Made by a program: the position numbers and the translations under genes. From Cyanophora paradoxa CCMP329 (Eukaryota; Plantae; Glaucophyta): 64,000 bases of DNA. Location: NCBI GenBank assembly GCA_004431415.1, contig QPMI01000546.1, forward strand, positions 116,657-180,656, given 5' to 3'. Below are positions 22,908 to 33,500 of this stretch, piece after piece. Under the pieces are notes generated by a model. The model was given only the letters and a program-made list of their open reading frames with translations, was not told the origin of the DNA and searched no databases. The first letter of the stretch is position 1. Each line of letters starts with the position of its first letter.

Positions 22908-24898
22908 ATGCCAGCGGGCGCTGCGATGCCCCGGCAGCCGTCGCCAAGGGCGCGCGTGGGGCTCACGGCTGCCGCCGCCGCTGGCGCCGTTGACATCCAG
23001 AAGCGCTTCCCCCCGCTGTGAGCCCCGCCCCGCTCCGGAGGTTCCTGGTTGCGAGGATTGACCTCCTGCCGCGATGTCGCAGAGATGCCGGCATCAAGTC
23101 CATCGAGACATGGCCCTCGACCCGGGAAGAGGTCAGCTCGACCGCCCAGAAGCCCGCTCTGCTGGTCCAGGTGGGCGCCCGCCTTGCTAGTTCGCTAGCT
23201 GGGCCGCGCCGCCGAGCTGAATCTCGCCCCGCCCCGTCCGCAGATCGAGGACGAGATAGAGAACGAGCTCGCGGCTCTCGGCGGCGCCGCGGACCCCGTC
23301 TCCCGCCTGAATGTCTTCCGGAAGGCCCTGGGTCCGCTCGGGGCCCGAATCCCAACCCGCCCCCCGCGCCCCCTGCCTTCTGACCGCGTACCCAGCGACG
23401 TACACGCGGTCCATGAAGTCGTACGCCCCGCTGCTTACCCGCATCCATGCGGAGTTCGAGCGCGCTCTCGGCACGCCGCCCCCTCCTGCCCCGACCCGGT
23501 ATCCCTCCGAACCGAGCCTGACGGGGGTACGCGCGCAGCGGAGACGACGAGGGCGCTGGACGAGGTCCTACCCCTCAAGTCCCGCCTCTCACTGATCGAG
23601 CTGGAGCATCAGAAGGAGATCCTCAGGCGCGGTTGTACCCCCGGCTCGCCCCGGCGCCTCCCCGTCTCAGACTCGGGCCGCGCAGGATACAGCGCGAGTA
23701 CGACGAGCGCATCGCTGTCTTAGAGTGCGCTGTCCCGGGGCACGGCCCGCCGGCTTTCCGGCCCTCCTGACCCCTACCCGCGCCTTCTCCAGAAAAGCGA
23801 TGCGGCGCGGGAAGGCAGCCAGGCTGAAGATCCAGGTGCTCCCTCCCGGCGCGGACGAGATTAGATTAGATCCGTGTGCGATTCGGTCTCATCCGCGGGC
23901 CGCGCGCGCAGGAGGAGAAGAGCCAGCTTGCGGCGAGGGCGGCGCGGCTCGAGAAGGAGGCGAAGGAGGCGAAGGCCGAGTACCGCGAGCAGGCGAGTCG
24001 CCCCGCTCCGCTCCCGCCCGTGCGACCCAGCGAGCGGCTCAGCGGGGCCCGGGGAGCAGTACGAGACGAACAGGTCGCTGGTGAGCAACATGCGGCACCA
24101 CGTGGACCTCCTCACCCAGGCCCAGCAGGACGCCGCCGCCCTCCCCGACCGTGCGCCGTACCCGTGGCCCTCCCTCTTTGTTTTCCGTACCCCCCTCACC
24201 CTCTGCTCCTCAGTCCAGGAGCGGTTGCGGGCGACCGAGGCCGAGCTGAGGGACGTCCGCCAGGCGCTGGCGATGTGCGTCCGGGGCGGGCGCGGGGCCG
24301 GGGTACGGCGCTCTTCTCCTTCTGAGGGGTACGGCAGCGCGGAGGCGGCGGGGCGGGACGCGAAGGCGGCCCTCCACTCGCTGCGGTCCGCCTCGCGCGT
24401 CGTCGCCGGGCTCGCCCCGGGAGCGGTACCCCCCTGCCTTCACCGAGAACCTGTACCCCCTTTGACCGGTCGGGGGTTACAGGCGGATACGGGGGACACG
24501 TCGCGCGCGTCGTCGCGGTCGGCGATGCGGTCGGAGGTGCGAGCGTACCCGTCTGTGCTGCGGCGAAAGGCGACCGGCCGCTCCGCTGAACCCGCCCCCG
24601 GCAGAGCCCTGGGCCGGACATTTCTGCCACGCCGCTGCTCAATGCGGCATCGGTGCGGATCGGAGGGGGCGGCATGAGCGCCGTAACTCCCTGCGGATCG
24701 GTTACGAACCTTCACTCTGCTTCGGGCTCTGGGCTCCCGGCGCCGGCCGCGCCGGCGCCGCTGCCGCACGGCGCCGGCATGCACACGCTCGGCGGCATCA
24801 CGCCCCGGGGATCCTTCACGAACCTGCAGCTGAAAGAGGTCCAGCTCCACCCGCCCGCCGCCCTGCCGCCGGCCGCGGCACCGGCGGGCGCCAGCTAG
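22908..24898 (+). CDS. Multi-exon coiled-coil protein with a TSNAXIP1 N-terminal-like segment
   Basis: Spliced IENELAALGG..SRLNVFRKAL/ATYTRSMKSYAPLLTRIHAEFE/..ALDEVLPLKSRLSLIELEHQKEILR resembles, from memory, the RLQ.YR..F...F.TY.PLL..I..EYE...LEPLK pattern; followed by heptad-rich exons. Start codon tentative. Confidence 0.6.
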
Positions 24899-25304
24899 CC
24901 GATCTCCGGGGCCCCTTGTCCAGCGACGGGTGCCACGATACGTGTGATCGTTTACATCAGCTTCAAAAAATAATCGATATCAATCTAGCGAACTACACTA
25001 CGACTAAGCGATCAAGTTAACCGTGAAGCATCGGCAAGCGAAAGCGAATACGACAATCTGGGTGGGAAGCAGCCAGCAGCGACTTGCGGGGGCGACAGAC
25101 TGGACTAAGGGAAAACTCCGAACGTAATATCAAGTGCTGCTGTACTGTACAACGGATCAAGCTGAGAGGACGGCCTGAAGCTCGGAGTGTGTAATCCGGC
25201 AAGCGCTGGGGGGGAAAGCGGTGGCTGTTAATCGCGCGCGGGGCTCGCTCTAGCGACATTCAAGGCGAAATCGACAGCAGCTCTCTGGCACGACTGAGCG
25301 GCCG

Positions 25305-27208
25305 ATGGACTGCATGCGCAGCACGCGGTCAAGTGCCGTGCTTGGCCAGAGTGCGATCGAGCTCGTCCACTTCAGCCGCGCTTCTCGGGCCGGGGCGCCA
25401 ACGGAACGTCGTCGGGCCCGTCCGTTGATACAGTTGTGTCTACGGACAGCCCTTTCTTCTTCGCGATGCCCTGCGTCCGCGGCCCGTCGTCAGCTTCGCA
25501 TGCGCACGGCCGCAGAGAGCGCGCGGCTTCCAGGAACGCTACTTGTCGGCAAATCGAACAGATAGTTTTAGGCCGGCAGATCTCTGTTGAACAGCTCAGA
25601 CCAAGCCAGCGAGGCCCGGCAAGCCCGTGCAGACAACGTTTCGCGGAGGAGCTCCGACTCGCTAGGGGGCGGGGCGCTCGTGTGGACGCTGAAACGACCC
25701 CTAGTGCTCTATGTTCGCAAGCCGCTCAAGTCGCAGCGCCCGGCGGCTCGCGGCCCGTCAGCCGTGCTCCAGCGTGCGTTGCTCACCTTCGCGTTTCCGC
25801 TGGGCTGCGGCGGGTGACCTGGCTGTGTAGGCTGCGGATACATCGGAGCCACTCCGGGATCCGAGCCAGAGCCGGGGCTCGGCCCCTTCGCTGCTTCGCA
25901 AGTGCTGTACCCCGCAAGAAAGTGACAAAATGTCAGCGACGCCCCCGGTTTCGATGCGAACGCGGTTTGCGCTCGCCGTGGCGATCCTTCAGGCGAGACG
26001 GCCCGAGTTCCGCGCCCCGGGCGCTCTCGCTCGGCTTCGAGTCTTTCTCGCACAGAGCGAGCTCCGCGACGCGCAAGCGCAGCTTTGTGCCGAGCTGTCT
26101 GAATCGCAGCGCCCCTCGAAGCAGCAGCGGATCTCGTACGCGCACGACACGCCGCGTCCCCAAGCCGCTGAGTTCGTGCCCGCCGGTGCGTGGTCGACGG
26201 CGTTGGCAAGTGTCTGCATATGCTCACTTTTCACTGTTGCAGCTAAGGTGGAGGGGAAGAGCTCCAGCGCTTCCGCTTCTGGGATGGAGGCCGACCGCGA
26301 CGCGGAGGCCGCGGCGCTGCGCGAGGTGCTCCAGAGAGCTGCGCGTATCCTCAGGCAGATGCGGGAGGCCGTCGAGGAGGGCTCGTGCTCGCGCCTTGCC
26401 CGCGGGCTGGATGCTTTCCTCGGTGCCCTTGCCCTGCTCGGACCCGCCGCGCCCGCTTGGCGTTGACCCTTTCCGCGTCGATCAGACTTGCTTCGAGATG
26501 TTCAGCTTCAGGCGTCCCAATCCGGACCGCCTCCGCTCCAATGGCGCGCCTCCAAGAACAGCGACGGCCGCGCACACGCACCCGTGGACGTCGAGGCCCT
26601 GTCCGAGGAGATCGCCGAGTTCTCCAGGTCTGCTGCACTGTAGCTCCGTGTTACTCGCTGGCCGACGCGGCGCGCAGGTGGCTGTTCGACCGCGTCCTCT
26701 CCGCCCCCGCGCCTTTCTGCGAGGGTGGGACGCTCGAGCGCCGCCCCGTTCCCATGCACGCTGAGAGGCGCCGCCGGCAGGCCTGGATCTGCGAGCGCAG
26801 TGGTGCCAGGCGGCTCGGGCGCTGGCCGCCGAGCCGGCGGCCCGGGAGGCCGTCCTCTCCGCGGCTTCCGAGGCGCTCCTCCGCCTGGCCCGGCGGCTCG
26901 CCCTCTTCGCCCCCGTCGCCGGCCCCCCGCCCGCTCCCAGTAGGCCCGGCCCCGCCCCCGGCTCCAGCGCCGTACCCCCCACCCTCTCCGAGCTCGAGCG
27001 GGCCCGTCTCCTCTTCTCGCTCCTGGAGGGCGCAGTGCACCCCTCGAGCCCGGGCGAGGCGTGGACGCGGGACGCTGCCGAGCTCGGGCGCCTGTGCTCC
27101 CGGCCCGACGTGGGGGCCAGAAGCCCAGGCTTCGCGGCGTGCGCGGGGCGGCTCCGCGACCTCGCCCCCCGGCCGCCGGACAGTCTTGTCTCCTCGGACG
27201 AGGTCTGA
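25305..27208 (+). CDS. Hypothetical multi-exon protein, no recognisable domain
   Basis: Plausible helical exons (MEADRDAEAAALREVLQRAARILRQMREAVEEG..LDAFL; VDVEALSEEIAEFSR/WLFDRVL) separated by GT..CAG segments; boundaries uncertain. Confidence 0.35.
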
Positions 27209-27507
27209 AATATGAATATGAAACCTGTAAATTCGAACCGTGAAGCGCTTTAATTTCGTGGCGCCCCAGCGCGCCCCCTGGCCGCCGCGCGCGCGCGCCT
27301 TCAGATCTCTCATCGCCCCCTGGCCGCCGCACGCACCTCTAGGTCTCTCACGTCAGCCAGTCACGTCGAAGTCACGCCAGCCAACCGCGAGCTGTACAGC
27401 GCGCGAGCTAGCGGCTCGGTGCCTCTGTACCCGTCCGCGCGCGTCTGTGGGAGCGTTCGTTTCGCGGAACTCCGGCCTCCTGGGCGCGTGGGGCCGCCGT
27501 GGGGCCG

Positions 27508-30500
27508 ATGAAGCTCAACGTGACGGTCGCTGGAACTTCTTTCGTCGTGCCGTGCGGCGACGGGCAGATTCTCGTCAGCGCTCTCATCGACCTGACGCTC
27601 CAGCGGGCGAAGAAGCGCCTCTCGACGGTGCGCAGCGCATGAACATCATTCTAGAGCCCGAAAGAAGGGTCTCAGCGCGTGCGGAGAGCGCGCCGATCTC
27701 TACTAGATCTGACCGGATATCGATCTCCCGACGTCTTTCCAGGGCTCCGATGCTCCGCTGCGCATTAGACTCCTCCGGAACTCGCATGGAGCGATCCTGG
27801 TTCGTCGGCCCCGCCGCGCCGGTCCGTGCGTATACGCGCACGCAAACGCCGCGCCATTCGCGCGCAGGACGACGAGGATCTGGTCGCCGACGTTTTGAAC
27901 GACAACGAACTCGTCATCGCGGAGGTGGAGGAGGGCTCCGCGCCTGCCCCCGCCGCTCCTCCGCAAGCCGCGGCGTCTCCCGCGACCGCAGCTGCTGCGA
28001 CGACACCGACGTCACCCGTGAGCGCTTCGCGCTATCGCATTGATACGCGATGGGATCACATGGTGCGGCAGCCTGCGCCGCAGCCTCGAGCACCGTTCGA
28101 ATTCCAGCCGGCCTCTGGCGGCCCCGAATTCCAGGTTTATCTCCGCTCTCTTTTTGGCCGGCTGCATCTTAGAGGGTGCAGCAGCCACAGCAGGCGCCGC
28201 CGGCCCCCGGGCCTTTCGTCTTCAGCGCTGGCGGGCGCGCTCCCCAGGTATTTGTACCGGTACCCCTGCCCCTGCCTCCGCTTGTTCTGAGCCGCGGGAT
28301 CGCATCTAGACTCCACCCCAGCAGCCGGCCGCAGGGCAGCCGGGTCAGCAGCAGCAGACGCCCCCAGCGCCCGGGACTTTCGCGTTCAGCTTTGGCGGGA
28401 GCGCCCCCCAGGTGCTTGTACCCCTGTCCCTGCCCACGGACCTCTCTCTGACGGGGAGGCTTGTACCCGGCGCGCAGCAGGGCACGCCGCCCGGCGGCCG
28501 AGGGCAGGGGGCGGAGCAAGCGCCGGCCCAGCAGCCGCGGGAGGAGGAGGAAGACGATCTGTACGGGGACGGGGGCGGGGAGCCCATGCAGGACGAGGAA
28601 GACGAGGAGGAAGAGGACGAGGAGGGCGACGAGGACGAGGAGGGAAGCGATGACGAGGAGGAGGACGAAGAAGGCTATGACGAGGAGGAGGAGGAATACG
28701 GCGAGGACGAGGACGAGGAGGAGGAGGGGGAGGAGGAGGTGGCCCCCAGGATCTAGAGCGCGCGATGGGATCCACTTCTTCTGACGCGTCGTTCAGGGAT
28801 ACGAGCCGGAGCCGCCATTCGGGTGCCCTTCGTGCGGGAACCCTTCGTGCGGCAGGCGCGCCGAGGAGGAGGAAGAGGAGGAGGAAGAGCAAGGTGGGAA
28901 CTCTGACGGCTCGCTGCCCCGGCCCCGCTCTCCCCGACCCGCGGGGCGGCAGGCGCCGCCGCCGGGGGACCGGCCGCGGCTCGGCCGGCGGCGGCGGCGG
29001 CCGGCGGGCGGATCCGCTTCCGGCGCTGGTGGAGGCGTGGCCTGGCGGGCCGATCGACGTGTACGCTCTCCTGTGCCCCGCGGCTCGGACCCGGAGCGCG
29101 CCGCCGAGCGCGAGCTCGCGGCGCCGCGGCCAACGCCGGCCGCCGAGCTGCGGCGGCACATCGGCGCGCTCGCCCGCCAGTTTCACCCCGACAAGGTTCG
29201 CGGCTGATTCGTTCCGATGCCGCCCGGCCGGTGGCGCTGCTGACCGGCCCGCGGCCCGTCCCCGCAGTTCCTGCAGGTCCACGGGGGCGTGCTGCCGCCG
29301 GGCGCCGTGCTGATCGCCAGCGCCCGGGCACGGGCCGTGTGCGAGGTGCATTCCCCTTAGATCCCCGCCCCGCCCCGCCCCGCTCCCACACCAAGGCGCG
29401 CCCCTCTGACCACCGGACCCGGACGATCCCCGCAGGCCCTCGTCATGGCCCGCGAGCTCCTCGTCGACGGGTACGTGCCCACTCGCGAGCTTTCTAGCCC
29501 CTCGCGCCCTTCGCCCGGCTCAAGGGGGTCTGCTTGCGCAGGAAGCGCGTGAGCGTCCTCGGGCGCCCCTCGGTCAACCTCGCCGAGTACAAGGGGCTCC
29601 TCAGTGCGTGTCTCGTCCCCCTGCTTCTCAGCTCCGCCTGCCCCTGCGGCTCACCCGCGCCGGGGGGCGCCGCGCCGCAGGGACCGCCCTCCGGACGCGC
29701 GCGGCGAGGCCGCGCAAGTGCGGGTGCGTCGCGCAGTCGTGCGGGGCGTGGTGCGCGTGCCGCGGCTGCCACGCCCCGGCGGCCGCGGCGGTGCCCGCGG
29801 CCCGCGCAAACGCCGGCCAGTTCGAGACCGTCTCCTTCCGCGTGCGCCCCCGATGGCGTTCTCTCGCACCGCGAAATCGGTTTTGCGGCTCACTCTCGCG
29901 GGGGCAGGTGAAGACGCTGGCCGGGGCGGCGAGCGTGGCGGTCCGCCTGCCCCGCACGGCCCTCGTGCGCGACATCGACCGCTTCGCCGCCGCGCTCGCC
30001 CCCGGCCCCCGGTCCCGCCCCGCCCCACGCCCGCCGCTCCGCCGTTCTGCCCCATCCCGTTTTTCTGACACCCATCTCTGGACCGCAGGGCGGCGGGGGG
30101 CGGCCAGTATGTCCGCCACGGCCGCACGCTCGGCCCCGAGCAGACCCTCTTCTGTGCGCCTCTTCTGGGTCTGTGAGCCGAAGACGCAGACTGATGCCGG
30201 CTGCAGCGGCGGGCATCCAAGAGGGGGAGACCCTCGTCTACATCGTCGGCGGGAGCGGCCCCGGTGCCCTTCTCCGATCTTCCTTCGTTCTCCTTCGCCG
30301 GCTGACCGCCGGCGGCGAGCAGCGCCGCGGGCGCCGGCGCGGCGGAACCCGGCGGCCGGCGACGACGGCGTGCTGTACCACGAGAGCCCCTTCGCGGCGC
30401 ACGCCGAGGCCTGGACTGCGGGGCTCGACGGCCCAGGCGCCGGCGAGGAGATCGGGGCCGGGGCCGGCTCGCTGCGGCTGGTGGTGACGGACGGGACGGG

Positions 30501-33500
30501 GCGGGCGCCCCCGCAGCCCCTCGTCGTCTCCCGCACCGTCTCCCTCGCCCACCTCCGCGAGGCGCGCTCGCTCGAAGGCGGCGCCGCGGCCCGCGCGCCC
30601 CCTTCCCGGCTCTCATTCGCGTCGGCGCGGCCTCAGGTCGCTGCGCGCATGGTGGTGCCCGGTGGCGGGGAGCCCCCGCCGGGGCGCGGCGTCCACCTCT
30701 ACACCCGGTCCGCGTCCGTCTCCTCGGCGCGGCCCGAACGCCAGCCTGGCTAACATGCATATGGCCGCCGCCTCCGCTCCAGGGAGATGGCGCTGGACGC
30801 GGACGAGGACCGGGCGCGCCTGCCCCTCTCCGCCTGGGGCCTCGCCAGCAACGACGAGGTCCGCCGTACCCGGCTGCGCGCGTTCGGATCACCTGATCCG
30901 ACCTGGCGCCTCATCTGAGCAGATCATCGCCATCCCGTACTCCTCGGAGCCGATCCTGCGGCGGGGCCCCGCCGCCGCCGCCGCCGCAGAGTACAAGGGC
31001 GCCGCCGGGGAAGACGATGAGCCGGAGCGCGCCCCCGCGGCCCCGTCACCGCCGCCGCCGGCGGCCGCGCCCCCCGCGGCGCGCCCCAGGCCGGCGAACA
31101 GCGACTCTGGGGCGGGCGCACGGGCCTCTTCGCGGCGTCGCCCTTCTGGCAGCCGGCGAGCGCGCGGCAGACGCCGGCCGGCGTCGCCTGCCTCCTCGCC
31201 TCCCTCTACGTCGTCTCCGTCGCCGCCCAGAACGGCACCGCCGGCGGCGGCGGCGGCGGGGAGGGCGAGGGTGAGGGCGAGGGCGAGGGCGGGGGCGCCG
31301 GGGCCCCTCCCTCCCGCCGCCCGCGCCTCGGTCGCCGTCGCGCGGCTGCTGCGCCTCTCGCGCCTCCCGCCGGCGGCCGCGGCGCTGGGCTCGGTGCTGC
31401 GGGGGGCGGCGCTGGGCGACGCGGGGCGCGGGGCGCTCGCGGAGGGCCTCTGGCGGGCCTTCCGGGCCCTCTCGCCGCCCTCGGTCCGGGGCGAGGCGCT
31501 CTTCGAGCGGAGCCAGGCGCTGCTGGCCTGGCTCCTCCGCGCGGCGGAGGGCCCCGAGGAGGAGGCCGAGGCCCGCGCCGTCGCGGCGGCCCTCGTGCGG
31601 CTCGACCTCTCGTGCCCCCTCAGCAGCGCCCGCGTCGTGCGGCCGGCCGCCGTGGACGGCGACCCCGCGGCGCCCGTCTTCAGCCACGGGGCGGCCTCGG
31701 AGCGGCTGCCCTGCGACGTCCCCGCCGCCTCGGGCTCGCTCCGCCTCTCCGGCGACGACGCGGCGCGTCTGGTGGACCTGCCGGCGCGGCACCCCGTCAG
31801 CCGCGCCCTCCTCGCCCACCCCGGCCTCTCCTGCCCCGTCCTCTTCTGCGAGGCGCTCCTCCCCGGCGCCGCCGAGCGCGCCGCGCTCCGGCGGCAGCTC
31901 CTCGGGGGCGAGGCCGCCGACGAGGCGGCCGCCGCCCTCGCCGCGCTCTCGGGCCCCGCGCCCCCCGCCCCGCTCGACGCCGCCGCGCTGGACGCCGAGC
32001 TGCGCCGCTCGGCGCCGTGGCTCTGCCTCAAGCCGACGCTTGCGCTGAAGGGCGCGGTGCGCTGGCCCTGCGTGACCCTCTACGTGGGCGAGTTTCTGGA
32101 CGAGTCGGCGGGGCCCCTCTGCTCCGTCGCCGTCGGCCGCGGCAAGGGCGGCGGGGTCCGCTTACGCTTCCCCCCGCTGCAAAACTCCTTACTGCTTCCT
32201 TCTGACCCGAGGAGCGCAGCCCAACAACACGGTGCTCTTCGTGCCGGTGCCCGGCGTCGAGGCCAACATCGACCCCGACGACCTCGCCCGCGCCGTGCGC
32301 CCGCCTTCGATTTAGGAGTCTGAGCCCCTCCTGATCATGAGCGGTCGGCAGCTGGGAGGGGCGGCAAGCGAGGCGGGCGGGCGGCTCGACGAGCGGCCGG
32401 CCCGCGAGGCGCGCCTCCCCCGACCCTACGCGCGCCCCGCTCAGCCTCTCGCTCCCCGCCCCCGCCCGCGCAGGCGGTGCTGGCGCTGCTGGACGTCTCG
32501 GACTCGATGGCGCTCCCCTGGGACACCACCGCCTCCCCGGGCGGCTCCGGCCCGCCCCTCAGCGCCCCGCCCCCAGCCTCTTCCTCCCCGCCGCTCACGC
32601 GGCCCGCTTCCGCGCAGAGGCGGGGACGATGAGCCGCATGGACGCCGTGAAGGCCCTCTTCCACGCCTTCGCCAACCGCACCATGGCCCGCCCCGCCCCG
32701 CCCCGCCTAAGACGCGCCTAAGACCCCGCCTAAGACTTTAGACTCGGGCGCAAGGGGGATCTGAGATAAGAAGGCGGCCTCAGATGATAAGCTGAGAATC
32801 AAAACGGGGCGCACGCGCCTCCCCGCCCCACCCCGCCCCGCGCACGTCCGCCCGCCCGTGCGACGGCGCGCGCAGGCGTACGACCTGTGCCACGAGGTCG
32901 GCCTCGTCCTCTTCGGCGAGAACGCGCGCCCGCCCCGCCCCTCCCCGCCCCTCCCCCCGATGAGACGGCGGCGGGGAGGCCGACGCCGGCTCGGGCGTGC
33001 GCGCAGGTGAAGACGACGTGCCCGCTCACGCCGGCGCTGGAGGCCTTCAAGCTCCACGTCGACAACGCGCGCCCCCTCTCCCCTCCCCCACCCCACCCCC
33101 CTCCTCCTCCTCCGGCCCCTAGGCCTCGATCTGACTTGGTCTCTCGGGGGCGGGGCGGCAGGCGAGCGTGCAGCGGGGCACGCGCATCTTCGACGCCCTC
33201 CAGGTACCCCCATCCTCCTCCTCCTTGCCCCCGCGCCTTCCCCTCGATCGGACACTGCCCGGCCAGCGCGCGCTGCGGGAGCTGGAGAGCGCCTCCGCCG
33301 CCGCCCGCGCCCGCGGCGCCCCGCCCTTCTTCCGGTGACCCCAACCTCTAGCTGAATCTCTAGATCTCCTTCAGCCACAGAGACGATAAATATCATGAGC
33401 TCTTCGGAGCATCGCGCGTCTTTTTCTAAAGCTCGCGCCCCCGCGCACCCCCCAGCCCGGCGCCACCTCCTCTAGATTCGAGCCCTCTGAGCCGCGCCCG

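Noticed and set aside
32755-32800. ATGATA..CTGA inside a long intron as a C/D snoRNA
   Set aside because: The boxes are too close together and box C is imperfect.
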